Positions 12,564 to 24,800 of a stretch of DNA of 64,000 bases are shown one piece after another. The position numbers and the translations under genes were made by a program. Position 1 is the first letter of the stretch. The number at the start of each line of letters is the position of its first letter. The notes beneath the pieces are model-generated. The model searched no databases. It was not told where the DNA came from and saw only the letters and a program-made list of their open reading frames with translations. The stretch spans positions 32,001 through 96,000 of the forward strand of contig OY760074.1 of NCBI GenBank assembly GCA_963663035.1, read 5' to 3'. The DNA comes from Acidobacteriota bacterium. Its GTDB lineage: Bacteria > Acidobacteriota > UBA6911 > RPQK01 > JADFOI01.

Positions 12564-15017
12564 ATGCGGGAATATGGCGGACGGGAAATCCCTGTCAACA
12601 TTGAAGAGGAGATGAAGGCGTCCTATTTGGACTACGCCATGTCCGTGATCATCGGGCGGGCGCTTCCGGACGTTCGAGACGGATTGAAGCCAGTTCATCG
12701 GCGAGTCCTCTTTGCCATGCACGAGCTGAAAAACACACATGACAAGCCCTATAAGAAATCGGCCCGGGTAGTGGGCGATGTTATTGGAAAATATCATCCC
12801 CATAGTGACACCGCCGCTTACGACACGATCGTGCGGATGGCTCAGGATTTCTCCATGCGGGAGCCCTTGGTAGATGGACAGGGGAACTTTGGATCCGTCG
12901 ATGGTGATTCCCCGGCAGCCATGCGCTACACGGAAATCCGCATGTCGCGAATTGCCGAAGAGATGCTGGCGGATATAGATCGGGAGACGGTCGAGTTTCA
13001 AGCCAATTATGACGAATCATTGACCGAGCCGCTGGTTTTACCCGCCAGGGTCCCCAATCTCATTGTGAACGGGACCTCGGGAATTGCCGTTGGCATGGCC
13101 ACTAATATCCCCCCCCACAACCTGACTGAGATCATCAATGCTTCCCTTCTGCTCATAGATCGTCCCGACGCTTCGGTCGCCGAACTCATGGAACTGGTCC
13201 CGGGACCAGACTTTCCTACCGGGGCATCTATCTACGGACGAGACGGCATCCGTCAGGCGTACAACACAGGGCGGGGGATCATACAGCTTCGAGCTCACGC
13301 CTCTTTTGAAGAGGTCAATGAAAACCGTGAGGCAATCATCATCACCGAAATCCCATACCAAGTGAATAAGGCCAAGCTGGTGGAGAAAATTGCCCATCTG
13401 GTCCATGCCAAGAGACTTGATGGCATCAGTGACCTCCGCGATGAATCAGATCGTGAAGGAATGCGTGTGGTGATTGAGCTCAAGAGAGGGGAGCAACCTC
13501 AGATTGTTCTGAACAACCTGTATAAGTTGACTCAAATGCAGACTTCATTCGGCATCATCTTGTTAGCCCTGGTGGAAGGGCAACCACAAGTACTGGCTTT
13601 GCCGGCAATCATTAACCTGTTTCTGGAACACCGCAAGCAGGTCGTCCGAAGCCGGACTGCCTTTGACCTGAGAAAAGCGGAAAAACGTGCTCATATTCTG
13701 GAGGGTCTGAAGAAGGCTCTAGATCAGCTGGATGCAGTCATTTCCTTGATTCGGAAAGCTGAATCCCCGGCTCAGGCAAAGGAGCAACTCTCTGCCCAAT
13801 TCGAATTCACCGAAACTCAGGCCCAGGCCATTTTGGACATGAAGCTGCAACGCCTGACGGGTCTGGAGCAAGCCAAAATAGTCGAGGAGTATGAGGAGAT
13901 ACTCAAGACCATCGCCCGGCTGGAAATAATTCTGGGTAGCGAGAAAGTCCTGAAGCAAGTGATCAAGAAAGAGTTGCTTGAGATTCAGAAGAACTTCCAG
14001 AATCCGCGCAGAACAGTGATTGTTGACCAGGAGATTGAGCTGACGATCGAGGATTTGATTCTTGAGGAGCCCGCCGTGATTACAGCGACTCACAACGGCT
14101 ACATCAAGAGGACAGCCTTACACATCTACAAAAGTCAACGAAGGGGAGGTAAGGGTCGCATTGGCATGTCCACCCGGACTGAAGAGGATCTCATCGATTA
14201 CCTCTTCGTTGCTTCCACTCATAGCTATATCCTGTTCTTTACCGACAGGGGGAAAGTGTATTGGCTCAAGGTGTACGAGATTCCGGATGTGGGATCGGCT
14301 GGGAAGGGAAAACCGGTTGTGAACCTCATCGGTCTTGAACGGGGAGAAAAGATTGCTTATATGATCGCCGTCAAGGATTTCTCAGAACCGGGCTTTATAG
14401 CCATGGCTTCCCGGCAGGGTTACATAAAGAAAACCAGCTTAAGTGCCTTTTCCAGGCCTCGCGCGAATGGAATTATTGCTTGTGCAGTGGCAGAAGGAGA
14501 CGAGTTGCTGGCTGTTGGACGAACAGATGGGGACAACGATATCCACCTCTGTTCCCGCAGTGGAAAGGCGATTCGCTTTTCAGAAAAGGGAGTTCGAGCT
14601 ATGGGGCGCACGGCTCGAGGGGTTAAAGGGATGGTCTTAAAGAAAGGAGACGCCCTGGTGAGCATGGATATTCTTCGCGACAACTCGGAGGACATCCTTG
14701 CTGTAACACAGAATGGTTTCGGAAAGCGTACCCCGGTCAGCGCATACCGGTGCCAGGGGCGGGGAGGCCTGGGAGTCATTAACATCAAGACGACAAAGCG
14801 GAATGGCCCAGTGGTTTCCGCCTTTGCCGTGAAAGGTGACACCGAGGTAATTATCATTACTGCAAAGGGGAAAATCATTCGACTGGAGGCCGCTCGCATT
14901 CGCAAGACCATCTCTCGTGGGGCTCAGGGGGTCAAGCTCATAGACCTTGGGGACGAGGATGAGGTTGCTGCCATGACGCGGGTTCCAGAGGAGAAAGAAA
15001 AAGAGCTCAATGAATAA
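12564..15017 (+). CDS. gyrA: DNA gyrase subunit A
   Basis: [27 protein letters not shown], GyrA box QRRGGKG. Confidence 0.98.
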   Translation: MREYGGREIPVNIEEEMKASYLDYAMSVIIGRALPDVRDGLKPVHRRVLFAMHELKNTHDKPYKKSARVVGDVIGKYHPHSDTAAYDTIVRMAQDFSMREPLVDGQGNFGSVDGDSPAAMRYTEIRMSRIAEEMLADIDRETVEFQANYDESLTEPLVLPARVPNLIVNGTSGIAVGMATNIPPHNLTEIINASLLLIDRPDASVAELMELVPGPDFPTGASIYGRDGIRQAYNTGRGIIQLRAHASFEEVNENREAIIITEIPYQVNKAKLVEKIAHLVHAKRLDGISDLRDESDREGMRVVIELKRGEQPQIVLNNLYKLTQMQTSFGIILLALVEGQPQVLALPAIINLFLEHRKQVVRSRTAFDLRKAEKRAHILEGLKKALDQLDAVISLIRKAESPAQAKEQLSAQFEFTETQAQAILDMKLQRLTGLEQAKIVEEYEEILKTIARLEIILGSEKVLKQVIKKELLEIQKNFQNPRRTVIVDQEIELTIEDLILEEPAVITATHNGYIKRTALHIYKSQRRGGKGRIGMSTRTEEDLIDYLFVASTHSYILFFTDRGKVYWLKVYEIPDVGSAGKGKPVVNLIGLERGEKIAYMIAVKDFSEPGFIAMASRQGYIKKTSLSAFSRPRANGIIACAVAEGDELLAVGRTDGDNDIHLCSRSGKAIRFSEKGVRAMGRTARGVKGMVLKKGDALVSMDILRDNSEDILAVTQNGFGKRTPVSAYRCQGRGGLGVINIKTTKRNGPVVSAFAVKGDTEVIIITAKGKIIRLEAARIRKTISRGAQGVKLIDLGDEDEVAAMTRVPEEKEKELNE

Positions 15018-15813
15018 TGGACTCCGATGGGTTCTCCCGATTCCCTTTCTGCTCTTTGCAGGAGCCGTCTGGCTCTTTGTGGAGATGGAAAACGAAACAC
15101 GGGTACAAGTGCTGCGCGCCCAAAAGCAATGGCGTGAAGAGCACTACATGGAGGCCATCGAGCTCTACGAATCCGTCTATGAAAATTATCCCAAGAGCCA
15201 GTATGCAGACGATGCTCTCTGGGAGATTGGCACTATCTACTATGTCAACTTTTATAATGTCGATCGCGCCCTTCTTTTCTACCGGCAACTGGTGAGCCAA
15301 TACCCCGACAGTTCGTTAGCTGCTGACGCCTATCTGAGGCTCGCGGAGATTTATGAAGTGGAGTTGACCGATTTGCCTCAGGCCATTGCTTACTGGAGCC
15401 AGATCCTGATCCGGGAAGTCCCACGGGAGATGCGCCGACAAGTAAACTTTAAGATGGGCAACGCTTACTTTAAATTGAACCAGTTCGAGGAGGCCGCTGA
15501 AAAGTTCCAGCTGCTGATGGAGGACGGAAGTAACGATCAGCTGGCGGAGCGAGCACGTGCCCGGGCCGGGACTATCTTGCAGATCCAAAGCCAATTTGAA
15601 AAGTCAGTGGATTACTTCAAGAAGGTCTTAGAGGGGCCCGAGTGTGCCGATTGCCGGCGGACAGCTCGGCTTGGACTGATTGAAAGTTATGAGTTTTTGG
15701 GTGAGTTGGCAAAGGCCATCGAAGTAGCCAAAACAATGCCGACCTCGGATTACCCCACCAAAGACAAGGAAGATCTGCTCAAACGTCTGGAGAACAAGGC
15801 CAGATACTATTAG
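15010..15813 (+). CDS. Tetratricopeptide repeat protein, N-terminally anchored
   Basis: N-terminal TM segment; [11 protein letters not shown] and [14 protein letters not shown]-like repeats. Confidence 0.85.
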   Translation: MNNGLRWVLPIPFLLFAGAVWLFVEMENETRVQVLRAQKQWREEHYMEAIELYESVYENYPKSQYADDALWEIGTIYYVNFYNVDRALLFYRQLVSQYPDSSLAADAYLRLAEIYEVELTDLPQAIAYWSQILIREVPREMRRQVNFKMGNAYFKLNQFEEAAEKFQLLMEDGSNDQLAERARARAGTILQIQSQFEKSVDYFKKVLEGPECADCRRTARLGLIESYEFLGELAKAIEVAKTMPTSDYPTKDKEDLLKRLENKARYY

Positions 15814-15958
15814 CCGGGGTTATGCAGAAATTTTCTACTGCAGTGCCGCAATCACCCACGCTGACTGCGTTGTGCGACCCGCAAGCGGGTACCCCGCGCA
15901 CGCCTTGTCATCGTGGCGCCTGCGGCACTTCGTCACGAAAACCTATGCATAGCCCCGG
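15814..15958 (+). mobile_element. 145-bp MITE-like element family A, copy 2
   Basis: Homologous to 9606-9750; also directly after a TAG stop. Confidence 0.8.
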
Positions 15959-15983
15959 CTTGCCCGCTGCGGTTGAACCCTCC

Positions 15984-16013
15984 TTGACAGCCTAAGAAGG
16001 TATCTTCTATAGT
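15984..16013 (+). promoter_or_regulatory. Putative sigma70 promoter of rpsU
   Basis: TTGACA, 18 nt, TATAGT. Confidence 0.6.
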
Positions 16014-16062
16014 TCCAGTTGGTTTTTGAGCACAAGATTCCAGGTAAGGAGCGTCAAAGCAG

Positions 16063-16269
16063 ATGGCTGAAGTTTTTGTCCAGGATGGCGAGTCACTCGA
16101 GAGCGCGCTGCGCAGGTTTAAGAGAAAGGTGCAGCAGGAGGACATCATTCGGGATGCCAAGAAGCACTCTTTTAACCTGAAACCTGGAGAAAAGAAGCGA
16201 TTGAAACAGGCGCTCGCCAGAAAACGTGCTAAGAAGAAGCGCCGGTCGTTTCCCAGGCCAATCACCTAA
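16063..16269 (+). CDS. rpsU: 30S ribosomal protein S21
   Basis: ESLESALRRFKRKV...KPGEKKRLK. Confidence 0.96.
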   Translation: MAEVFVQDGESLESALRRFKRKVQQEDIIRDAKKHSFNLKPGEKKRLKQALARKRAKKKRRSFPRPIT

Positions 16270-16273
16270 ACTT

Positions 16274-16426
16274 GGGGTGGCTGTCCAGGATGGCCAAGCT
16301 CTTCGTTCTCCGCGCCCTTCGATCCTCGACGTAGCTTTGCTACGCCTGCGGTCGAAGAGCTTGTGCGGCCTCGATCTTGACCACCCTTGACCACCCCGCC
16401 AGCAGAACCCCTGAATGAAGCCTTCA
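16274..16426 (+). repeat. Structured REP/MITE-like repeat family B, copy 3
   Basis: Homologous to 6495-6642, including the tail. Confidence 0.85.
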
Positions 16427-16433
16427 GACGGAG

Positions 16434-16479
16434 CCGTGGGCTTTAGCCCACGGGCCAGCTGTCAGGGTCTTAACCCCTG
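16434..16479. repeat. IS200/IS605-type (REP-like) hairpins
   Basis: Perfect hairpin ccgtgggct-tt-agcccacgg plus a degenerate second hairpin cagggtcttaacccctg. Confidence 0.5.
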
Positions 16480-16514
16480 CTTCCCCCTCGATGCGGTGTG
16501 AGTCTTTCCAGATG

Positions 16515-17165
16515 CTAGCCTGGGTTGATGCATCTGACGGCCTTAAAGTGACCCAGGAAACCAATCTTCTCAATGCTGTCCACTTTCAGACCGGTTTGGG
16601 CCAGTAACTCTTGAAGATCCAGGCCGGTGTAAAGGCCCAGTCGGTAAAACAAAGGGGAGAAGAGATTCTCCAGAAAGGCGATGGCGGGCATTTCACACTG
16701 AAAGTGATTGAGGAAGACCAATTTACCTTGCGGGCGGCAGACTCGTTTCATTTCCAGAATGACCTTGACTGGGTCAGGTACCGTGGAGATGAAGTAGGAA
16801 GCCAGGATTCGGTCGAAGCTGTTATCCGGGAATTCCAGATGCATGGCATCCATTTTAAAGAGCTGGACGTTATTAATGTCCAGGGAGTCAAGCCGCTTAC
16901 GGGTTTGGTTGAGCATTCTCTGGGAAACATCGATGGCGGTGATTTCGATGTTCCTGGGTAGCAGAGGAACGGAAAGACCCGTTCCCACCCCCGCTTCTAA
17001 AAGCTGCGCTCCAGGAAAGAGATCCAGAACCTCGTGAGCCAGCTCCCTCCCATTATCGAAAACTTTGAGGCCATATATCAGGTCATAAAAAGAAGAAAAG
17101 CGATTATAGAGCTTCTCGACATATTCAACGCTCACGGAGGCCCCCTCCTGCGGATTGAAAGGCAT
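16515..17165 (-). CDS. Class I SAM-dependent methyltransferase (PmtA-like)
   Basis: LLEAGVGTG, AIDVSQRML, MDAMHLEFPDNSFD, VPDP...EMKRVCRP; start uncertain. Confidence 0.85.
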   Translation of the reverse strand: MPFNPQEGASVSVEYVEKLYNRFSSFYDLIYGLKVFDNGRELAHEVLDLFPGAQLLEAGVGTGLSVPLLPRNIEITAIDVSQRMLNQTRKRLDSLDINNVQLFKMDAMHLEFPDNSFDRILASYFISTVPDPVKVILEMKRVCRPQGKLVFLNHFQCEMPAIAFLENLFSPLFYRLGLYTGLDLQELLAQTGLKVDSIEKIGFLGHFKAVRCINPG

Positions 17166-17295
17166 GATTTTAACACCTTTGTCCCATGCCCCCAAGCGAT
17201 GAATAGAAAATGAAACGGGGTGACAGTCTGGGCGTATAGTAAGGGGTATATTGACCTGTTTAGGGAGATCCTTCAAGAAACGGGCCGAGGTGTCT

Positions 17296-18822
17296 ATGCA
17301 ATGTCAACGAATCGTGTTGCTGCCAGGCGTACTGTTGTTAGCCGTTTTCGTGTCCTGTTCAAGCAGTGAGGTTGCTCCCGGCGGGGGTAATCCGGGCGGC
17401 CGAGGTGGAGAAAGGCGAGGCCCTGGGGGTGGATCAGCGGAGACACAGGCAGTCAGTATCAGAGCTTACCTCGCAAAAAAGGAGCCCATTTCCACCTATA
17501 TCGTCTCGAACACAACGCTGGAAGCGATTCGGAAGGTTACAGTTCATGCCAGACTCAATGCCATTGTTGAAGAGATCCTGGTGGAGGAGGGAACCGCTGT
17601 TCGTGAAGGGGACACCCTCATTCGTCTGGAGGATCGGGAGGTCAGAAACGAGTATGAGCAGTCGAATATAGCTGTCGATCAGGCCAGCCTGGGGCTTCAG
17701 CAGGCGGAGGTTAAAGCGCAGCTCTCCGTTGCCAACTACGAAAGAACACAAAACCTTTTTCAACAGGAATTAATCAGCAAGCAGGATTTTGATCAGGTCT
17801 CTCTGACGAATCGCACCGACGAGCTGGCCTTGGAGGCGGCCAGGGAACAATTTGAGGGTGCTCAAGCTCGACTGAGGGCGTCTATGATCCAGCTGGAGTA
17901 CACCGAGATTCACTCACCCATCACTGGTGTTATTACACAACGGTTCATTGAGGTGGGCGACCGGGTCAACAGCAATCAGGAGGTGTTTAGTGTGGAGGAG
18001 TTTCCTCCCCTGTGGGCAAGAATTTTTGTACCCGAAAGAGATTGGCCTCAGCTGAAAGTGGCGCAGAAGGCTCAAGTCAGGTTAGAGACCTTCCCCGAGC
18101 AGGACTTTGAGGCAGCTATCAAGATGATCAACCCGACCATTGATGCGACATCTGGGACAGTCAAAGTCACACTTGAGATGGGACAGACCGACCGGCTTCG
18201 ACCGGGCATGTTTGGAACGGTTTACATCGCTACCGAGACGCGTCCCGACGCCATTGTGATTCCCAAAAAGGCGATTTTACGAGAGCGTGACCAAGACCGT
18301 GCCTTTGTGGTGACCGACGATGGTTCAGTCGAAAAACGTGATGTTGTCATCGGTTTCAGTGAGGAAGACAGGGTCGAAATCCTGGAAGGGATCCAGGAGG
18401 GGGATGCTGTTGTTACGGTCGGCTATGAGGGCTTGTCCGACGGCTATGCCGTGAAAATCATGTCCTGGGAGGGAGCACCGCCCGAGGAGGATCCCTCTGT
18501 TTCTGCTGCTCCAGAGCGCACCTCTTCTCCCACCAGAAGGGACGGCCCTGATGGAACCCCAAGTGCCCAGACTAGAGACCGTCCTCCCAGGCAGCAGATG
18601 GGTGGAGGACCGCCGGCTGGCGGTGGCCCAGGCGGGCAGCGAGGAATGCCTCCGGAAATGGTCGAAAGAATGATGGATCAGTTAATGAGAAACCCTGAGA
18701 TGAAAGAGGAATACGAAGCGCGGTTAGCCAGGGACCCCGAACTCGCCACCGACTTTGAAAAGCAAAGGGCCTTTGCTCAGGAAATGATGCAGCAATTTCG
18801 TGGCGGCCGTGGGCGGCCATGA
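17296..18822 (+). CDS. RND efflux periplasmic adaptor (lipoprotein-like)
   Basis: Signal ending FVSC, IHSPITG, LRPGMF, IVIPKKAI; Gly/Arg-rich extensions. Confidence 0.92.
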   Translation: MQCQRIVLLPGVLLLAVFVSCSSSEVAPGGGNPGGRGGERRGPGGGSAETQAVSIRAYLAKKEPISTYIVSNTTLEAIRKVTVHARLNAIVEEILVEEGTAVREGDTLIRLEDREVRNEYEQSNIAVDQASLGLQQAEVKAQLSVANYERTQNLFQQELISKQDFDQVSLTNRTDELALEAAREQFEGAQARLRASMIQLEYTEIHSPITGVITQRFIEVGDRVNSNQEVFSVEEFPPLWARIFVPERDWPQLKVAQKAQVRLETFPEQDFEAAIKMINPTIDATSGTVKVTLEMGQTDRLRPGMFGTVYIATETRPDAIVIPKKAILRERDQDRAFVVTDDGSVEKRDVVIGFSEEDRVEILEGIQEGDAVVTVGYEGLSDGYAVKIMSWEGAPPEEDPSVSAAPERTSSPTRRDGPDGTPSAQTRDRPPRQQMGGGPPAGGGPGGQRGMPPEMVERMMDQLMRNPEMKEEYEARLARDPELATDFEKQRAFAQEMMQQFRGGRGRP

Positions 18823-21800
18823 AGATTGTCGGGTTTTCTATTCGTCGACCGGTTACGGTGACGATGCTCTTTGTGGCCATCGCCGTTTTCGGCGGCGTTT
18901 CTTATGGCAGGTTGGCCCTCAATCTCTTACCCGATATCTCCTATCCCACCCTCACCATTCGCACCCAGTATGAAGGTGCTGCTCCAGCGGAAGTCGAGAG
19001 CCTGATCACCGAGACAGTCGAGAACGCTGTCAGCGTGGTGACCGATGTCGTTCGCGTCAGTTCAGTCTCAAAGCCAGAGGTTTCTGACGTCATTCTCGAA
19101 TTCAGCTGGAGAACCAATATGGATTTTGCCGCGCTGGATGTCCGGGAAAAACTGGATGTCTTGCGGCTGCCTGTGGACGCCGATAAACCCCTTCTTCTGC
19201 GTTACGATCCTTCAACTGACCCGATTATGAGGGTCAGCGTGGCGGGTTCATCTGACCTGGCAGCGATTCGATATCTTTCTGAGGAATTTGTGAAGTCCGA
19301 TTTGGAAAGCATTGACGGTGTGGCCGCTGTCCGAGTTTCAGGGGGACTCGAAGAGGAGATCCAGGTCGAGCTGGACGAGCAGCGCCTCGCTTCACTTGGA
19401 ATTTCCATCCGGGATGTCACTTCTCGGCTAGCCCAAGAAAACATCAACCTGACGGGAGGAACACTCCAGGAGGGTGAGAGCAAGTATCTGGTTCGAACTC
19501 TCAACGAGTTTCAAGGGGTCGATGAAATCAACGAAGTGATTGTGGCGCAAAGAAACGGTGTCCCGGTCCGTCTTGAGGACATCGGCTCTGTTTACCCGGG
19601 CTTTAAGGAACGCAAGGTGATCACTCGCATTAACGGAGAGGAAAGCGTTGAAATTGCCGTCTTCAAGGCGGCCGATGCCAACACGGTGACAACCGCAGCT
19701 CTGGTTCGAAGTCGGTTGGAAACTCTCGAAGAGGAATACAGAGGGAAGAAGGATCCACTGGATTTCGAAGTGGTGTTTGACCAATCACGATTTATCGAAA
19801 GCTCCATTGATGAAGTTCTAAATACTGCTGTCCTTGGCGGTATTCTGGCAATTATTGTGCTGTTTCTTTTCCTGCGAAGCCTGAAGAGCACCCTGATCAT
19901 CGCCATGGCGATACCTCTTTCGATTGTGGCCACCTTCTTTCTGATGTACGGGGCCAACATTTCCCTCAATATCATGTCGCTGAGCGGACTGGCACTGGGT
20001 ATCGGGATGCTGGTGGACAACTCCATTGTTGTGCTCGAGTCAATCTATCGTTATCGGGCAAAGGGGTACGGTCCCCGCGAAGCAGCTGAGCTTGGAGCCA
20101 GTGAGGTCGGCCACCCAGTGGTGGCCAGCACCATGACCACCATCTGTGTTTTTGCACCGATCGTATTTGTTGAGGGAATCGCCGGGCAGTTGTTTGCCGA
20201 CCAGGCATTGACGGTGACATTCTCCATGGTGGCCTCTCTTGTCGTTGCCATGATGCTCATTCCTATGCTGGCCAGCCGGGGCCAGAGTGGTGAAGAAGGG
20301 ACCCTGGCGGCAAAGCCGGAGAAAAAAACGAGGCAGTTTTTTCTGGTTCGCCCCTATTTCTGGTTCCTGGAGCTGGCTCTGCGGCACCGGTTGGTTTCCT
20401 TAGGCCTTGCCCTGGGGTTGTTTGCTGGGTCGCTCAGTCTGATGACGGGGAGGGGATCAGAACTCATCCCTGAAGTCAGCCAGGGCGAATTCTTCCTGGA
20501 TCTCCAACTCCCTCCCGGCCTTCCGGTTGAACAGACGGCCCGACGCTTCGAGGAAGTGGAGACGATCATCCAGGATCAGCCGGGAGTTCAGAGGTATTAC
20601 ACGATCGTAGGATCGGGCAATCAAACGGGGGCTTCGGCAGTAGAGGAGAGGGAGCACATCGGGCAGATTCTGGTGACGCTGGATCCTGAGATTCTTCGTG
20701 AAAGAGAGGACGAGGTTGTGGAACGGTTGAGGGAGAAGCTTCAAGAGCTCCCGGCCGTGGACTACAAGTTTTCCCGGCCTGCTCTCTTTAGCTTCAAAAC
20801 ACCCATAGAGGTGGTAATACAGGGATACAATCTGCAGGTCTTAAAAGTGAATGCCGAGCGAATCAAAGAGCTGTTGGAAGGGGTCCCGGGGTTGAGAGAC
20901 CTGAAGGCCAGCACGGCCGGCGGAAATCCTGAGGTCCAGATCCATTTTGACCGTCGAAGACTGGCCAACTTTGGACTGACGATCAACCAGGCCGCTGACC
21001 TCATTCGCAACAAGGTTCAGGGTGATGTCCCCACGGAGTTGAACGAGCGTGACCGAAAAATCGATATACGAGTCCGGGTTATGGAGGAGGACCGCAGGTC
21101 CCTGTTTGATTTATCGAATCTTGTTTTGGACGTACCCAACGGCAGTGGGGTTCGTTTGTCCTCTGTCGCCGATGTCACATTGGAAGAGGGACCCACAGAG
21201 ATTCGACACATTGGACCACAACGCGTTGCTGTGATCTCTGCCAACATTGTCGAGAGGGATCTGCAGAGCGTCGTCACGGAAATTGAGATGGCCCTTGAAG
21301 CATTCGATCTGCCGCCCGATCTTTCAGTCTATGTGGGGGGGCAAAGTGAAGAGCGTATGGTGGCCTTTGAAAGCATGCAGTTTGCCATCTTGCTGGCTGT
21401 CTTCCTGGTCTATCTTGTAATGGCCTCACAATTTGAATCTCTGGCTCAACCCTTCATCATCATGTTTGCCATTCCCTTTGCGCTCATCGGTGTGGCCTTG
21501 GCTTTGTATATCACTGACCTGGTGGTGAGCGTGGTAGTCCTCATCGGAGGTGTGATCCTGGCGGGAATTGTTGTGAATAACTCCATTGTTTTGATAGACT
21601 TCACTAACCAACTGAGAAATCAGGGAAAAGATAAATTTCAGGCCATCAAGGAGGCTTGTGGAGTGCGCCTGCGACCCATTTTGATGACCACCAGCACCAC
21701 CGTTCTCGGTCTTCTTCCCATGGCTCTCAGTGGGGGGCAAGGCTCTGAACTGCGAGTTCCCCTGGCAGTGACAGTCATTGGGGGCCTGATTACCGCGACC

Positions 21801-21863
21801 CTGCTGACACTTGTCTTTGTTCCGGTTCTTTACACGATAGTGACTCGGGAGAAAAAAGTATGA
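18819..21863 (+). CDS. RND efflux permease (AcrB family)
   Basis: SIRRPV, GMLVDNSIVVLE, GIVVNNSIVL, RLRPILMT. Confidence 0.95.
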   Translation: MKIVGFSIRRPVTVTMLFVAIAVFGGVSYGRLALNLLPDISYPTLTIRTQYEGAAPAEVESLITETVENAVSVVTDVVRVSSVSKPEVSDVILEFSWRTNMDFAALDVREKLDVLRLPVDADKPLLLRYDPSTDPIMRVSVAGSSDLAAIRYLSEEFVKSDLESIDGVAAVRVSGGLEEEIQVELDEQRLASLGISIRDVTSRLAQENINLTGGTLQEGESKYLVRTLNEFQGVDEINEVIVAQRNGVPVRLEDIGSVYPGFKERKVITRINGEESVEIAVFKAADANTVTTAALVRSRLETLEEEYRGKKDPLDFEVVFDQSRFIESSIDEVLNTAVLGGILAIIVLFLFLRSLKSTLIIAMAIPLSIVATFFLMYGANISLNIMSLSGLALGIGMLVDNSIVVLESIYRYRAKGYGPREAAELGASEVGHPVVASTMTTICVFAPIVFVEGIAGQLFADQALTVTFSMVASLVVAMMLIPMLASRGQSGEEGTLAAKPEKKTRQFFLVRPYFWFLELALRHRLVSLGLALGLFAGSLSLMTGRGSELIPEVSQGEFFLDLQLPPGLPVEQTARRFEEVETIIQDQPGVQRYYTIVGSGNQTGASAVEEREHIGQILVTLDPEILREREDEVVERLREKLQELPAVDYKFSRPALFSFKTPIEVVIQGYNLQVLKVNAERIKELLEGVPGLRDLKASTAGGNPEVQIHFDRRRLANFGLTINQAADLIRNKVQGDVPTELNERDRKIDIRVRVMEEDRRSLFDLSNLVLDVPNGSGVRLSSVADVTLEEGPTEIRHIGPQRVAVISANIVERDLQSVVTEIEMALEAFDLPPDLSVYVGGQSEERMVAFESMQFAILLAVFLVYLVMASQFESLAQPFIIMFAIPFALIGVALALYITDLVVSVVVLIGGVILAGIVVNNSIVLIDFTNQLRNQGKDKFQAIKEACGVRLRPILMTTSTTVLGLLPMALSGGQGSELRVPLAVTVIGGLITATLLTLVFVPVLYTIVTREKKV

Positions 21864-24800
21864 ATCTATCGAAATTTTCAGTCCTTCGGCCCGTAACGAT
21901 CCTGATGGTGACGCTTTCCGTTCTTGTTTTGGGTTTTTTGTCGCTGCAGCGCCTGCCTCTGAAGCAGATGCCGGAGTTCTCTTCCGCAGTCCTGTCCGTG
22001 AACGCCAGTTACCCCTCCTCTTCGCCGGACGAAGTGGAACGCAATATCACCCGGCCTTTGGAAGAGGCTCTGAGCACCCTGGAGAACCTGGAAGGCATGA
22101 GCTCCACTTCCTCTAACAGCAGTGCGAATGTGCGCCTCGAGTTCAAGCAGGGTACCGATATGGATCTGACCTTCCTGGCGATCCGGGACCGAATTGATCA
22201 GGTGAGTAATCGATTGCCCTCTGATGTGGAGCAAATTGCAATCAGGCAATGGCATGCCAGCGATCAGCCGGTGCTGCGTTTTTCCGTTGCCTGGGATGGA
22301 GAACGTGAAGAGCTGTACCAGGTCGTGGATGACATTCTGCTTCGCCGCTTGGAGAGGCTTGATGGTGTGGCCAACGTTGAAATCAGGGGCATGGGCACCA
22401 AGCAGATCATAATCGACCTCGATCAGAATTTGTTACAAGCTTATGGCATCGATATCTCTCGCTTGAACCAGTCGCTACGCGATAACAACATCAACGTGGC
22501 TGGGGGCTACATCATGGATGGAGGGAAGAAATACAGCCTCCGGGCCGTCGGTCAATTCGAGGACCCGGACGAGATTGCCAATCTTCCCCTTCAAGGTGGC
22601 CGCTTGACCCTGTCCGATGTCGGCCAGGTACGTTTCGACTTTCCCGAAAAGACTTCCTTTTCCCGGCTGGATAGCATTGATGCCGTCAACATTGATGTGT
22701 ACAAAGCCTCCACAGCGAATATTGTCAGCGTTTCCCAAACGGCGAAAGAAGAACTGCAGGCGATCCAGCAGCTTCCGCAGCTGGAGGGGCGTTTGTCGGT
22801 GAAGATCTTTCGAGATCAGTCCGATGACATTCTCAAGAGTTTGAACGACCTCAAGAATGCTGGAATCTACGGTGGGGTCTTGGCGATGGGCGTGCTGTTT
22901 CTCTTCTTGATGAAGTTTCGCAGTACCATCATCATTTCTATTGCCATTCCGGTGTCCATCGTTTTCACCTTCGCTTTCATGTATCTGCTGCGGGTTTTTG
23001 CCGGCTCGGACATCAGCTTGAACGTCGTTTCCCTGATGGGATTGATGGTTGCAATCGGGATGCTGGTGGACAGCAGCGTCGTGGTGCTGGAGAATATTTT
23101 TCGCCATAAGCAAGACAAGGGTCTGGGAGCGCGCGAGGCTGCCATATCAGGCAGCCTCGAAGTGGGTTTAGCCGTACTGGCCTCCACGGCCACCACCATC
23201 GTGGTGTTCGTCAGTTTCATCTTTGCTCCCAGCACGCAGATGGGTCGGTTCACACGGGACTTTGGTTTGGCTATCGGCGTGGCTCTCATTGCCGCCTTGA
23301 TTGTGGCCCTCACCTTGATTCCCATGCTGTCGAGTCGTCTATTTACCGGCAAGGAAAAGCCGAGACAAAGGGCGCTGGTGTGGATGACCGAGACTTACGG
23401 AGCTCTCATGGGTTGGCTGCTGCGCTGGCGCTTTGTGAGTCTCATCGTGCTGGCAATGCTGGCCTTCGCTTCTTACCAGCTACTCACTTCAATTGATCGG
23501 GAAAATCTTCCCCGCGTGGCCCAGCGGAATCTTCGGGTGAATGTGACCATGGAGCGCTCCTTTTCCGCTGAAGAGATGATTGAGCTGTTCGGGGGTGTGG
23601 AAAAGACGTTTCTGGATCGAAAGGACGAATTAGGCATTGCCACCATCGCCAGTAATTTTAGTAACCGGACCACGAGCCGAGGGCAATATCGGGGGAATAT
23701 GACGATCTACTTGAAAGAGGAGGGGGACCTCAAACCGGTGGCGGTTGCCCAGGAGGAGATACGAGCCCTCTTTCCGGAGATTCCCGGCGTCGAGTTCTCC
23801 TTCGGGCGAATGATGCACATGGGAGGCGGCGAGATGGGTGTGAGCATCGAGCTCACGGGAGATGAGTCGGCCGTCCTGGCGGTGTATGCAGAGGAAGTGA
23901 AGGCGATCCTTTCCACGATTCCGGAACTCACAGACATTGAAACCTCCCTTGAAACGGGAGATGAGGAGATCCATCTGACGGTGGACCGGAAGAAGACGGA
24001 GATGTTTGGCATTTCAGCCCAACTGGTGGCCAGAACCGTTGCTTCCGCCCTGAGCAGTCGCGCCGTCACTCGATACCAGAGCGATGCTGGTGAAATCGAT
24101 GTGGTGGTGCAGCTTGAAGGTGGAAATGAGCTGAGTCTCCAGGAACTCGAAAATATACAATTTGAAAATCGCGATGGGGAGATGATCCCCTTGTATGCCG
24201 TTGTTGATTATCAATATGAGGAAGGCCCGCTGGCGATCCGGCGGGATGACCGCAGGTCGGTGCTCCAGGTGACAGCCAATGCGGAGCGCGGCGGTGGAAT
24301 GTTCCTCAATAACATGATTCAAGGTCGGTTGGAGAGCGAGCTCCAGCTTCCGGCTGGATATTCCTTTAGTTTTGGTGACCAGTGGATGCGCTTTCGACAA
24401 GGTGAACAGCAGAGCTTCTTTTCCATCATTCTGGCCGTGGTCCTCATGTACATCATCATGGCGGCGCTCTTCGAGAGTTTTATCCATCCACTGACGATTC
24501 TTTTCTGTGTTCCTTTTTCGATCATTGGGGTGGCTGGCATCTTTTATCTAACCGGGACGACGCTCAACTCAATGGCCTATCTTGGCATCCTGGTTCTCTT
24601 TGGGTTGGTCGTAAACAACGGGATCATTTTGGTGGATCACATCAATATCTTAAGACGCGAAGGAATGCCGCGGAGTGAGGCCATTCGCCAGGGCGGAATG
24701 GATCGCCTTCGCCCCATTCTCATGACAGCAATAACCTCTATTTTAGGTATTTTACCCTTAACGCTGCCAGCTCTTCTCCCAGAATACTTTCCGGAGGCTG